Source: Auanema rhodensis (taxonomy: Eukaryota > Animalia > Nematoda). From it: 64,000 bases of DNA. Positions within the stretch are counted from its first letter, which is position 1. The number at the start of each line of letters is the position of its first letter. A program made the translations under genes and the position numbers. The notes beneath the pieces were generated by a model. That model was not told the origin of the DNA, made no database searches, and was given only the letters and a program-made list of their open reading frames with translations. Below, piece after piece: positions 48,801 to 64,000 of this stretch. Location of the stretch: assembly GCA_964057225.1 (NCBI GenBank), contig CAXKVF010000073.1:930001-994000 (forward strand). The letters run 5' to 3'.

Positions 48801-51800
48801 AATTAGCATAAATTAAAGTTCACGTAAATTTCAAAGTCATGGTTACCATGCACCAATATCAATAAAAATTTGTTTTTAGACTAATATGGACATGGGGAAT
48901 CTAATTTTGAAAACCGCATCTCTTTATCTTTCACGTGAAGCGAGTTACATACCAAGTGCACATCACGTGTACATTTAATTAGCATAAATTAAAGTTCACG
49001 TAAATTTCAAAGTCATGGTTACCATACACCAATATCAATAAAATTTTGTTTTTAGACTAATATGGACATGGGGAATCTAATTTTGAAAACCGCATCTCTT
49101 TATCTTTCACGTGAAGCGAGTTACATACCAAGTGCACATCACGTGTACAATTAATTAGCATAAATTAAAGTTCACGTAAATTTCAAAGTCATGGTTACCA
49201 TGAAGCAATATCAATAAAAATTTGTTTTTAGACTAATATGGACATGGAGAATCTAATTTTGAAAACCGCATCTCTTTATCTTTCACGTGAAGCGAGTTAC
49301 ATACCAAGTGCACATCACGTGTACATTTAATTAGCATGAATTAAAGTTCACGTAAATTTCAAAGTCATGGTTACCATGAAGCAATATCAATAAAAATTTG
49401 TTTTTAGACTAATATGGACATGGGGAATCTAATTTTGAAAACCACATCTCTTTATCTTTCACGTGAAGCGAGTTACATACCAAGTGCACATCACGTGTAC
49501 ATTTAATTAGCATAAATTAAAGTTCACGTAAATTTCAAAGTCATGGTTACCATGAACTAATATCAATAAAAATTTGTTTTTAGACTAATATGGACATGGG
49601 GAATCTAATTTTGAAAACCGCATCTCTTTATCTTTCACGTGAAGCGAGTTACATACCAAGTGCACATCACGTGTACATTTAATTAGCATAAATTAAAGTT
49701 CACGTAAATTTCAAAGTCATGGTTACCATGAACTAATATCAATAAAAATTTGTTTTTAGACTAATATGGACATGGGGAATCTAATTTTGAAAACCGCATC
49801 TCTTTATCTTTCACGTGAAGCGAGTTACATACCAAGTGCACATCACGTGTACATTTAATTAGCATAAATTAAAGTTCACGTAAATTTCAAAGTCATGGTT
49901 ACCATGAACTAATATCAATAAAAATTTGTTTTTAGACTAATATGGACATGGGGAATCTAATTTTGAAAACCGCATCTCTTTATCTTTCACGTGAAGCGAG
50001 TTACATACCAAGTGCACATCACGTGTACATTTAATTAGCATAAATTAAAGTTCACGTAAATTTCAAAGTCATGGTTACCATGAACCAATATCAATAAAAA
50101 TTTGTTTTTAGACTAATATGGACATGGGGAATCTAATTTTGAAAACCGCATCTCTTCATCTTTCACGTGAAGCGAGTTACATTCCAAGTGCACATCACGT
50201 GTACATTTAATTAGCATAAATTAAAGTTCACGTAAATTTCAAAGTCATGGTTACCATGCACCAATATCAATAAAAATTTGTTTTTAGACTAATATGGACA
50301 TGGGGAATCTAATTTTGAAAACCGCATCTCTTTTTCTTTCACGTGAAGCGAGTTACATACCAAGTGCACATCACGTGTACATTTAATTAGCATAAATTAA
50401 AGTTCACGTAAATTTCAAAGTCATGGTTACCATGCACCAATATCAATAAAAATTTGTTTTTAGACTAATATGGACATGGGGAATCTAATTTTGAAAACCG
50501 CATCTCTTTATCTTTCACGTGAAGCGAGTTACATACCAAGTGCACATCACGTGTACAATTAATTAGCATAAATTAAAGTTCACGTAAATTTCAAAGTCAT
50601 GGTTACCATGAAGCAATATCAATAAAAATTTGTTTTTAGACTAATATGGACATGGGGAATCTAATTTTGAAAACCACATCTCTTTATCTTTCACGTGAAG
50701 CGAGTTACATACCAAGTGCACATCACGTGTACATTTAATTAGCATAAATTAAAGTTCACGTAAATTTCAAAGTCATGGTTACCATGAACCAATATCAATA
50801 AAAATTTGTTTTTAGACTAATATGGACATGGGGAATCTAATTTTGAAAACCGCATCTCTTTATCTTTCACGTGAAGCGAGTTACATACCAAGTGCACATC
50901 ACGTGTACATTTAATTAGCATAAATTAAAGTTCACGTAAATTTCAAAGTCATGGTTACCATGAACTAATATCAATAAAAATTTGTTTTTAGACTAATATG
51001 GACATGGGGAATCTAATTTTGAAAACCGCATCTCTTTATCTTTCACGTGAAGCGAGTTACATACCAAGTGCACATCACGTGTACATTTAATTAGCATAAA
51101 TTAAAGTTCACGTAAATTTCAAAGTCATGGTTACCATGAACCAATATCAATAAAAATTTGTTTTTAGACTAATATGGACATGGGGAATCTAATTTTGAAA
51201 ACCGCATCTCTTTATCTTTCACGTGAAGCGAGTTACATACCAAGTGCACATCACGTGTACAATTAATTAGCATAAATTAAAGTTCACGTAAATTTCAAAG
51301 TCATGGTTACCATGAAGCAATATCAATAAAATTTGTTTTTAGACTAATATGGACATGGGGAATCTAATTTTGAAAACCACATCTCTTTATCTTTCACGTG
51401 AAGCGAGTTACATACCAAGTGCACATCACGTGTACATTTAATTAGCATAAATTAAAGTTCACGTAAATTTCAAAGTCATGGTTACCATGAACCAATATCA
51501 ATAAAAATTTGTTTTTAGACTAATATGGACATGGGGAATCTAATTTTGAAAACCGCATCTCTTTATCTTTCACGTGAAGCGAGTTACATACCAAGTGCAC
51601 ATCACGTGTACATTTAATTAGCATAAATTAAAGTTCACGTAAATTTCAAAGTCATGGTTACCATGAACTAATATCAATAAAAATTTGTTTTTAGACTAAT
51701 ATGGACATGGGGAATCTAATTTTGAAAACCGCATCTCTTTATCTTTCACGTGAAGCGAGTTACATACCAAGTGCACATCACGTGTACATTTAATTAGCAT

Positions 51801-54800
51801 AAATTAAAGTTCACGTAAATTTCAAAGTCATGGTTACCATGAACCAATATCAATAAAAATTTGTTTTTAGACTAATATGGACATGGGGAATCTAATTTTG
51901 AAAACCGCATCTCTTTATCTTTCACGTGAAGCGAGTTACATACCAAGTGCACATCACGTGTACATTTAATTAGCATAAATTAAAGTTCACGTAAATTTCA
52001 AAGTCATGGTTACCATGAACCAATATCAATAAAAATTTGTTTTTAGACTAATATGGACATGGGGAATCTAATTTTGAAAACCGCATCTCTTTATCTTTCA
52101 CGTGAAGCGAGTTACATACCAAGTGCACATCACGTGTACATTTAATTAGCATAAATTAAAGTTCACGTAAATTTCAAAGTCATGGTTACCATGCACCAAT
52201 ATCAATAAAAATTTGTTTTTAGACTAATATGGACATGGGGAATCTAATTTTGAAAACCGCATCTCTTTATCTTTCACGTGAAGCGAGTTACATACCAAGT
52301 GCACATCACGTGTACATTTAATTAGCATAAATTAAAGTTCACGTAAATTTCAAAGTCATGGTTACCATACACCAATATCAATAAAATTTTGTTTTTAGAC
52401 TAATATGGACATGGGGAATCTAATTTTGAAAACCGCATCTCTTTATCTTTCACGTGAAGCGAGTTACATACCAAGTGCACATCACGTGTACAATTAATTA
52501 GCATAAATTAAAGTTCACGTAAATTTCAAAGTCATGGTTACCATGAAGCAATATCAATAAAAATTTGTTTTTAGACTAATATGGACATGGAGAATCTAAT
52601 TTTGAAAACCGCATCTCTTTATCTTTCACGTGAAGCGAGTTACATACCAAGTGCACATCACGTGTACATTTAATTAGCATGAATTAAAGTTCACGTAAAT
52701 TTCAAAGTCATGGTTACCATGAAGCAATATCAATAAAAATTTGTTTTTAGACTAATATGGACATGGGGAATCTAATTTTGAAAACCACATCTCTTTATCT
52801 TTCACGTGAAGCGAGTTACATACCAAGTGCACATCACGTGTACATTTAATTAGCATAAATTAAAGTTCACGTAAATTTCAAAGTCATGGTTACCATGAAC
52901 CAATATCAATAAAAATTTGTTTTTAGACTAATATGGACATGGGGAATCTAATTTTGAAAACCGCATCTCTTTATCTTTCACGTGAAGCGAGTTACATACC
53001 AAGTGCACATCACGTGTACATTTAATTAGCATAAATTAAAGTTCACGTAAATTTCAAAGTCATGGTTACCATGAACTAATATCAATAAAAATTTGTTTTT
53101 AGACTAATATGGACATGGGGAATCTAATTTTGAAAACCGCATCTCTTTATCTTTCACGTGAAGCGAGTTACATACCAAGTGCACATCACGTGTACATTTA
53201 ATTAGCATAAATTAAAGTTCACGTAAATTTCAAAGTCATGGTTACCATGAACCAATATCAATAAAAATTTGTTTTTAGACTAATATGGACATGGGGAATT
53301 TAATTTTGAAAACCGCATCTCTTTATCTTTCACGTGAAGCGAGTTACATACCAAGTGCACATCACGTGTACATTTAATTAGCATAAATTAAAGTTCACGT
53401 AAATTTCAAAGTCATGGTTACCATGAACCAATATCAATAAAAATTTGTTTTTAGACTAATATGGACATGGGGAATCTAATTTTGAAAACCGCATCTCTTT
53501 ATCTTTCACGTGAAGCGAGTTACATACCAAGTGCACATCACGTGTACATTTAATTAGCATAAATTAAAGTTCACGTAAATTTCAAAGTCATGGTTACCAT
53601 GCACCAATATCAATAAAAATTTGTTTTTAGACTAATATGGACATGGGGAATCTAATTTTGAAAACCACATCTCTTTATCTTTCACGTGAAGCGAGTTACA
53701 TACCAAGTGCACATCACGTGTACATTTAATTAGCATAAATTAAAGTTCACGTAAATTTCAAAGTCATGGTTACCATGAACCAATATCAATAAAAATTTGT
53801 TTTTAGACTAATATGGACATGAGGAATCTAATTTTGAAAACCGCATCTCTTCATCTTTCACGTGAAGCGAGTTACATACCAAGTGCACATCACGTGTACA
53901 TTTAATTAGCATAAATTAAAGTTCACGTAAATTTCAAAGTCATGGTTACCATTCACCAATATCAATAAAAATTTGTTTTTAGACTAATATGGACATGGGG
54001 AATCTAATTTTGAAAACCGCATCTCTTTATCTTTCACGTGAAGCGAGTTACATACCAAGTGCACATCACGTGTACATTTAATTAGCATAAATTAAAGTTC
54101 ACGTAAATTTCAAAGTCATGGTTACCACGCACCAATATCAATAAAAATTCGTTTTTAGACTAATATGGACAAGGGGAATCTAATTTTGAAAACCGCATCT
54201 CTTTATCTTTCACGTGAAGCGAGTTACATACCAAGTGCACATCACGTGTACATTTAATTAGCATAAATTAAAGTTCACGTAAATTTCAAAGTCATGGTTA
54301 CCATGAACTAATATCAATAAAAATTTGTTTTTAGACTAATATGGACATGGGGAATCTAATTTTGAAAACCGCATCTCTTTATCTTTCACGTGAAGCGAGT
54401 TACATACCAAGTGCACATCACGTGTACATTTAATTAGCATAAATTAAAGTTCACGTAAATTTCAAAGTCATGGTTACCATGAACCAATATCAATAAAAAT
54501 TTGTTTTTAGACTAATATGGACATGGGGAATCTAATTTTGAAAACCGCATCTCTTTATCTTTCACGTGAAGCGAGTTACATACCAAGTGCACATCACGTG
54601 TACATTTAATTAGCATAAATTAAAGTTCACGTAAATTTCAAAGTCATGGTTACCATGAACCAATATCAATAAAAATTTGTTTTTAGACTAATATGGACAT
54701 GGGGAATCTAATTTTGAAAACCGCATCTCTTTATCTTTCACGTGAAGCGAGTTACATACCAAGTGCACATCACGTGTACATTTAATTAGCATAAATTAAA

Positions 54801-57800
54801 GTTCACGTAAATTTCAAAGTCATGGTTACCATGCACCAATATCAATAAAAATTTGTTTTTAGACTAATATGGACATGGGGAATCTAATTTTGAAAACCGC
54901 ATCTCTTTATCTTTCACGTGAAGCGAGTTACATACCAAGTGCACATCACGTGTACATTTAATTAGCATAAATTAAAGTTCACGTAAATTTCAAATTCATG
55001 GTTACCATGAACCAATATCAATAAAAATTTGTTTTTAGACTAATATGGACATGGGGAATCTAATTTTGAGAACCGCATCTCTTTATCTTTCACGTGAAGC
55101 GAGTTACATACCAAGTGCACATCACGTGTACATTTAATTAGCATAAATTAAAGTTCACGTAAATTTCAAAGTCATGGTTACCATGCACCAATATCAATAA
55201 AATTTTGTTTTTAGACTAATATGGACATGGGGAATCTAATTTTGAAAACCGCATCTCTTTATCTTTCACGTGAAGCGAGTTACATACCAAGTGCACATCA
55301 CGTGTACAATTAATTAGCATAAATTAAAGTTCACGTAAATTTCAAAGTCATGGTTACCATGAAGCAATATCAATAAAAATTTGTTTTTAGACTAATATGG
55401 ACATGGAGAATCTAATTTTGAAAACCGCATCTCTTTATCTTTCACGTGAAGCGAGTTACATACCAAGTGCACATCACGTGTACATTTAATTAGCATGAAT
55501 TAAAGTTCACGTAAATTTCAAAGTCATGGTTACCATGAAGCAATATCAATAAAAATTTGTTTTTAGACTAATATGGACATGGGGAATCTAATTTTGAAAA
55601 CCACATCTCTTTATCTTTCACGTGAAGCGAGTTACATACCAAGTGCACATCACGTGTACATTTAATTAGCATAAATTAAAGTTCACGTAAATTTCAAAGT
55701 CATGGTTACCATGAACCAATATCAATAAAAATTTGTTTTTAGACTAATATGGACATGGGGAATCTAATTTTGAAAACCGCATCTCTTTATCTTTCACGTG
55801 AAGCGAGTTACATACCAAGTGCACATCACGTGTACATTTAATTAGCATAAATTAAAGTTCACGTAAATTTCAAAGTCATGGTTACCATGAACTAATATCA
55901 ATAAAAATTTGTTTTTAGACTAATATGGACATGGGGAATCTAATTTTGAAAACCGCATCTCTTTATCTTTCACGTGAAGCGAGTTACATACCAAGTGCAC
56001 ATCACGTGTACATTTAATTAGCATAAATTAAAGTTCACGTAAATTTCAAAGTCATGGTTACCATGAACCAATATCAATAAAAATTTGTTTTTAGACTAAT
56101 ATGGACATGGGGAATTTAATTTTGAAAACCGCATCTCTTTATCTTTCACGTGAAGCGAGTTACATACCAAGTGCACATCACGTGTACATTTAATTAGCAT
56201 AAATTAAAGTTCACGTAAATTTCAAAGTCATGGTTACCATGAACCAATATCAATAAAAATTTGTTTTTAGACTAATATGGACATGGGGAATCTAATTTTG
56301 AAAACCGCATCTCTTTATCTTTCACGTGAAGCGAGTTACATACCAAGTGCACATCACGTGTACATTTAATTAGCATAAATTAAAGTTCACGTAAATTTCA
56401 AAGTCATGGTTACCATTCACCAATATCAATAAAAATTTGTTTTTAGACTAATATGGACATGGGGAATCTAATTTTGAAAACCGCATCTCTTTATCTTTCA
56501 CGTGAAGCGAGTTACATACCAAGTGCACATCACGTGTACATTTAATTAGCATAAATTAAAGTTCACGTAAATTTCAAAGTCATGGTTACCACGCACCAAT
56601 ATCAATAAAAATTCGTTTTTAGACTAATATGGACATGAGGAATCTAATTTTGAAAACCGCATCTTTTTATCTTTCACGTGAAGCGAGTTACATACCAAGT
56701 GCACATCACGTGTACATTTAATTAGCATAAATTAAAGTTCACGTAAATTTCAAAGTCATGGTTACCATTCACCAATATCAATAAAAATTTGTTTTTAGAC
56801 TAATATGGACATGGGGAATCTAATTTTGAAAACCGCATCTCTTTATCTTTCACGTGAAGCGAGTTACATACCAAGTGCACATCACGTGTACATTTAATTA
56901 GCATAAATTAAAGTTCACGTAAATTTCAAAGTCATGGTTACCATGAACCAATATCAATAAAAATTTGTTTTTAGACTAATATGGACATGAGGAATCTAAT
57001 TTTGAAAACCGCATCTCTTTATCTTTCACGTGAAGCGAGTTACATACCAAGTGCACATCACGTGTACATTTAATTAGCATAAATTAAAGTTCACGTAAAT
57101 TTCAAAGTCATGGTTACCATGAACCAATATCAATAAAAATTTGTTTTTAGACTAATATGGACATGGGGAATCTAATTTTGAAAACCGCATCTCTTTATCT
57201 TTCACGTGAAGCGAGTTACATACCAAGTGCACATCACGTGTACATTTAATTAGCATAAATTAAAGTTCACGTAAATTTCAAAGTCATGGTTACCATGAAG
57301 CAATATCAATAAAAATTTGTTTTTAGACTAATATGGACATGGGGAATCTAATTTTGAAAACCGCATCTCTTTATCTTTCACGTGAAGCGAGTTACATACC
57401 AAGTGCACATCACGTGTACATTTAATTAGCATAAATTAAAGTTCACGTAAATTTCAAAGTCATGGTTACCATGAACCAATATCAATAAAAATTTGTTTTT
57501 AGACTAATATGGACATGGGGAATCTAATTTTGAAAACCGCATCTCTTTATCTTTCACGTGAAGCGAGTTACATACCAAGTGCACATCACGTGTACATTTA
57601 ATTAGCATAAATTAAAGTTCACGTAAATTTCAAAGTCATGGTTACCATGAACCAATATCAATAAAAATTTGTTTTTAGACTAATATGGACATGGGGAATC
57701 TAATTTTGAAAACCGCATCTCTTTATCTTTCACGTGAAGCGAGTTACATACCAAGTGCACATCACGTGTACAATTAATTAGCATAAATTAAAGTTCACGT

Positions 57801-60800
57801 AAATTTCAAAGTCATGGTTACCATGAAGCAATATCAATAAAATTTGTTTTTAGACTAATATGGACATGGGGAATCTAATTTTGAAAACCACATCTCTTTA
57901 TCTTTCACGTGAAGCGAGTTACATACCAAGTGCACATCACGTGTACATTTAATTAGCATAAATTAAAGTTCACGTAAATTTCAAAGTCATGGTTACCATG
58001 AACCAATATCAATAAAAATTTGTTTTTAGACTAATATGGACATGGGGAATCTAATTTTGAAAACCGCATCTCTTTATCTTTCACGTGAAGCGAGTTACAT
58101 ACCAAGTGCACATCACGTGTACATTTAATTAGCATAAATTAAAGTTCACGTAAATTTCAAAGTCATGGTTACCATGAACTAATATCAATAAAAATTTGTT
58201 TTTAGACTAATATGGACATGGGGAATCTAATTTTGAAAACCGCATCTCTTTATCTTTCACGTGAAGCGAGTTACATACCAAGTGCACATCACGTGTACAT
58301 TTAATTAGCATAAATTAAAGTTCACGTAAATTTCAAAGTCATGGTTACCATGAACCAATATCAATAAAAATTTGTTTTTAGACTAATATGGACATGGGGA
58401 ATCTAATTTTGAAAACCGCATCTCTTTATCTTTCACGTGAAGCGAGTTACATACCAAGTGCACATCACGTGTACATTTAATTAGCATAAATTAAAGTTCA
58501 CGTAAATTTCAAAGTCATGGTTACCATGAACCAATATCAATAAAAATTTGTTTTTAGACTAATATGGACATGGGGAATCTAATTTTGAAAACCGCATCTC
58601 TTTATCTTTCACGTGAAGCGAGTTACATACCAAGTGCACATCACGTGTACATTTAATTAGCATAAATTAAAGTTCACGTAAATTTCAAAGTCATGGTTAC
58701 CATGCACCAATATCAATAAAAATTTGTTTTTAGACTAATATGGACATGGGGAATCTAATTTTGAAAACCGCATCTCTTTATCTTTCACGTGAAGCGAGTT
58801 ACATACCAAGTGCACATCACGTGTACATTTAATTAGCATAAATTAAAGTTCACGTAAATTTCAAAGTCATGGTTACCATACACCAATATCAATAAAATTT
58901 TGTTTTTAGACTAATATGGACATGGGGAATCTAATTTTGAAAACCGCATCTCTTTATCTTTCACGTGAAGCGAGTTACATACCAAGTGCACATCACGTGT
59001 ACAATTAATTAGCATAAATTAAAGTTCACGTAAATTTCAAAGTCATGGTTACCATGAAGCAATATCAATAAAAATTTGTTTTTAGACTAATATGGACATG
59101 GAGAATCTAATTTTGAAAACCGCATCTCTTTATCTTTCACGTGAAGCGAGTTACATACCAAGTGCACATCACGTGTACATTTAATTAGCATGAATTAAAG
59201 TTCACGTAAATTTCAAAGTCATGGTTACCATGAAGCAATATCAATAAAAATTTGTTTTTAGACTAATATGGACATGGGGAATCTAATTTTGAAAACCACA
59301 TCTCTTTATCTTTCACGTGAAGCGAGTTACATACCAAGTGCACATCACGTGTACATTTAATTAGCATAAATTAAAGTTCACGTAAATTTCAAAGTCATGG
59401 TTACCATGAACCAATATCAATAAAAATTTGTTTTTAGACTAATATGGACATGGGGAATCTAATTTTGAAAACCGCATCTCTTTATCTTTCACGTGAAGCG
59501 AGTTACATACCAAGTGCACATCACGTGTACATTTAATTAGCATAAATTAAAGTTCACGTAAATTTCAAAGTCATGGTTACCATGAACTAATATCAATAAA
59601 AATTTGTTTTTAGACTAATATGGACATGGGGAATCTAATTTTGAAAACCGCATCTCTTTATCTTTCACGTGAAGCGAGTTACATACCAAGTGCACATCAC
59701 GTGTACATTTAATTAGCATAAATTAAAGTTCACGTAAATTTCAAAGTCATGGTTACCATGAACCAATATCAATAAAAATTTGTTTTTAGACTAATATGGA
59801 CATGGGGAATTTAATTTTGAAAACCGCATCTCTTTATCTTTCACGTGAAGCGAGTTACATACCAAGTGCACATCACGTGTACATTTAATTAGCATAAATT
59901 AAAGTTCACGTAAATTTCAAAGTCATGGTTACCATGAACCAATATCAATAAAAATTTGTTTTTAGACTAATATGGACATGGGGAATCTAATTTTGAAAAC
60001 CGCATCTCTTTATCTTTCACGTGAAGCGAGTTACATACCAAGTGCACATCACGTGTACATTTAATTAGCATAAATTAAAGTTCACGTAAATTTCAAAGTC
60101 ATGGTTACCATGCACCAATATCAATAAAAATTTGTTTTTAGACTAATATGGACATGGGGAATCTAATTTTGAAAACCACATCTCTTTATCTTTCACGTGA
60201 AGCGAGTTACATACCAAGTGCACATCACGTGTACATTTAATTAGCATAAATTAAAGTTCACGTAAATTTCAAAGTCATGGTTACCATGAACCAATATCAA
60301 TAAAAATTTGTTTTTAGACTAATATGGACATGAGGAATCTAATTTTGAAAACCGCATCTCTTCATCTTTCACGTGAAGCGAGTTACATACCAAGTGCACA
60401 TCACGTGTACATTTAATTAGCATAAATTAAAGTTCACGTAAATTTCAAAGTCATGGTTACCATTCACCAATATCAATAAAAATTTGTTTTTAGACTAATA
60501 TGGACATGGGGAATCTAATTTTGAAAACCGCATCTCTTTATCTTTCACGTGAAGCGAGTTACATACCAAGTGCACATCACGTGTACATTTAATTAGCATA
60601 AATTAAAGTTCACGTAAATTTCAAAGTCATGGTTACCATGAACTAATATCAATAAAAATTTGTTTTTAGACTAATATGGACATGGGGAATCTAATTTTGA
60701 AAACCGCATCTCTTTATCTTTCACGTGAAGCGAGTTACATACCAAGTGCACATCACGTGTACATTTAATTAGCATAAATTAAAGTTCACGTAAATTTCAA

Positions 60801-63800
60801 AGTCATGGTTACCATGAACCAATATCAATAAAAATTTGTTTTTAGACTAATATGGACATGGGGAATCTAATTTTGAAAACCGCATCTCTTTATCTTTCAC
60901 GTGAAGCGAGTTACATACCAAGTGCACATCACGTGTACATTTAATTAGCATAAATTAAAGTTCACGTAAATTTCAAAGTCATGGTTACCATGAACCAATA
61001 TCAATAAAAATTTGTTTTTAGACTAATATGGACATGAGGAATCTAATTTTGAAAACCGCATCTCTTCATCTTTCACGTGAAGCGAGTTACATACCAAGTG
61101 CACATCACGTGTACATTTAATTAGCATAAATTAAAGTTCACGTAAATTTCAAAGTCATGGTTACCATTCACCAATATCAATAAAAATTTGTTTTTAGACT
61201 AATATGGACATGGGGAATCTAATTTTGAAAACCGCATCTCTTTATCTTTCACGTGAAGCGAGTTACATACCAAGTGCACATCACGTGTACATTTAATTAG
61301 CATAAATTAAAGTTCACGTAAATTTCAAAGTCATGGTTACCATGAACTAATATCAATAAAAATTTGTTTTTAGACTAATATGGACATGGGGAATCTAATT
61401 TTGAAAACCGCATCTCTTTATCTTTCACGTGAAGCGAGTTACATACCAAGTGCACATCACGTGTACATTTAATTAGCATAAATTAAAGTTCACGTAAATT
61501 TCAAAGTCATGGTTACCATGAACCAATATCAATAAAAATTTGTTTTTAGACTAATATGGACATGGGGAATCTAATTTTGAAAACCGCATCTCTTTATCTT
61601 TCACGTGAAGCGAGTTACATACCAAGTGCACATCACGTGTACATTTAATTAGCATAAATTAAAGTTCACGTAAATTTCAAAGTCATGGTTACCATGAACC
61701 AATATCAATAAAAATTTGTTTTTAGACTAATATGGACATGGGGAATCTAATTTTGAAAACCGCATCTCTTTATCTTTCACGTGAAGCGAGTTACATACCA
61801 AGTGCACATCACGTGTACATTTAATTAGCATAAATTAAAGTTCACGTAAATTTCAAAGTCATGGTTACCATGCACCAATATCAATAAAAATTTGTTTTTA
61901 GACTAATATGGACATGGGGAATCTAATTTTGAAAACCGCATCTCTTTATCTTTCACGTGAAGCGAGTTACATACCAAGTGCACATCACGTGTACATTTAA
62001 TTAGCATAAATTAAAGTTCACGTAAATTTCAAATTCATGGTTACCATGAACCAATATCAATAAAAATTTGTTTTTAGACTAATATGGACATGGGGAATCT
62101 AATTTTGAAAACCGCATCTCTTTATCTTTCACGTGAAGCGAGTTACATACCAAGTGCACATCACGTGTACATTTAATTAGCATAAATTAAAGTTCACGTA
62201 AATTTCAAAGTCATGGTTACCATGCACCAATATCAATAAAATTTTGTTTTTAGACTAATATGGACATGGGGAATCTAATTTTGAAAACCGCATCTCTTTA
62301 TCTTTCACGTGAAGCGAGTTACATACCAAGTGCACATCACGTGTACAATTAATTAGCATAAATTAAAGTTCACGTAAATTTCAAAGTCATGGTTACCATG
62401 AAGCAATATCAATAAAAATTTGTTTTTAGACTAATATGGACATGGAGAATCTAATTTTGAAAACCGCATCTCTTTATCTTTCACGTGAAGCGAGTTACAT
62501 ACCAAGTGCACATCACGTGTACATTTAATTAGCATGAATTAAAGTTCACGTAAATTTCAAAGTCATGGTTACCATGAAGCAATATCAATAAAAATTTGTT
62601 TTTAGACTAATATGGACATGGGGAATCTAATTTTGAAAACCACATCTCTTTATCTTTCACGTGAAGCGAGTTACATACCAAGTGCACATCACGTGTACAT
62701 TTAATTAGCATAAATTAAAGTTCACGTAAATTTCAAAGTCATGGTTACCATGAACCAATATCAATAAAAATTTGTTTTTAGACTAATATGGACATGGGGA
62801 ATCTAATTTTGAAAACCGCATCTCTTTATCTTTCACGTGAAGCGAGTTACATACCAAGTGCACATCACGTGTACATTTAATTAGCATAAATTAAAGTTCA
62901 CGTAAATTTCAAAGTCATGGTTACCATGAACTAATATCAATAAAAATTTGTTTTTAGACTAATATGGACATGGGGAATCTAATTTTGAAAACCGCATCTC
63001 TTTATCTTTCACGTGAAGCGAGTTACATACCAAGTGCACATCACGTGTACATTTAATTAGCATAAATTAAAGTTCACGTAAATTTCAAAGTCATGGTTAC
63101 CATGAACCAATATCAATAAAAATTTGTTTTTAGACTAATATGGACATGGGGAATTTAATTTTGAAAACCGCATCTCTTTATCTTTCACGTGAAGCGAGTT
63201 ACATACCAAGTGCACATCACGTGTACATTTAATTAGCATAAATTAAAGTTCACGTAAATTTCAAAGTCATGGTTACCATGAACCAATATCAATAAAAATT
63301 TGTTTTTAGACTAATATGGACATGGGGAATCTAATTTTGAAAACCGCATCTCTTTATCTTTCACGTGAAGCGAGTTACATACCAAGTGCACATCACGTGT
63401 ACATTTAATTAGCATAAATTAAAGTTCACGTAAATTTCAAAGTCATGGTTACCATTCACCAATATCAATAAAAATTTGTTTTTAGACTAATATGGACATG
63501 GGGAATCTAATTTTGAAAACCGCATCTCTTTATCTTTCACGTGAAGCGAGTTACATACCAAGTGCACATCACGTGTACATTTAATTAGCATAAATTAAAG
63601 TTCACGTAAATTTCAAAGTCATGGTTACCACGCACCAATATCAATAAAAATTCGTTTTTAGACTAATATGGACATGAGGAATCTAATTTTGAAAACCGCA
63701 TCTCTTTATCTTTCACGTGAAGCGAGTTACATACCAAGTGCACATCACGTGTACATTTAATTAGCATAAATTAAAGTTCACGTAAATTTCAAAGTCATGG

Positions 63801-64000
63801 TTACCATTCACCAATATCAATAAAAATTTGTTTTTAGACTAATATGGACATGGGGAATCTAATTTTGAAAACCGCATCTCTTTATCTTTCACGTGAAGCG
63901 AGTTACATACCAAGTGCACATCACGTGTACATTTAATTAGCATAAATTAAAGTTCACGTAAATTTCAAAGTCATGGTTACCATGAACCAATATCAATAAA
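42900..64000. repeat. Imperfect higher-order repeat of about 16-21 monomers
   Basis: A linked variant cassette (ACAATT / GGAGAA / GCATGAA / ACCACA) has its GGAGAA marker at 45553, 49248, 52591, 55407, 59102 and 62446, i.e. spacings of 21, 19, 16, 21 and 19 monomers. Confidence 0.8.

Larger units (their letters stand above)
41566..64000. repeat. 176-bp tandem satellite array, right arm (~127 monomers; continues beyond window end)
   Basis: Same monomer and orientation, resuming in register after the insertion (GCAC-ATCACGTGTAC). A few 1-bp indels: +1 at ~41932 and ~42109; -1 A at ~44115, 47986, 51329 and 57840. Confidence 0.99.

Overview
About 94% of the window is one highly homogeneous, AT-rich 176-bp tandem satellite (~340 head-to-tail monomers, one orientation). 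Shared SNPs reveal recent multi-monomer duplications within it. The array is interrupted once, inside the monomer's GTGCAC site, by a young 4.1-kb Ty3/gypsy-type LTR retroelement (37464-41565). The element has near-identical 483/479-bp LTRs, a short target-site duplication, a tRNA-Pro primer-binding site matching the nematode-type tRNA-Pro as I recall it, and a short PPT. Its single uninterrupted 900-aa ORF encodes Gag (CCHC knuckle) and an aspartic protease, then jumps in frame from the first ~55 residues of the RT region into the integrase C-terminal GPY/F domain. RT core, RNase H and the integrase core are absent, so it is non-autonomous yet coding-intact. The most novel-looking signal is in its ATG-free 5' leader: five C-GTATA-G pentaloop hairpins with different but complementary stems, plus one more in each LTR, set among long G-U-containing stems. 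This looks like an undescribed RNA cis-element array. The host is probably a nematode (inference from the PBS); I cannot name the species.
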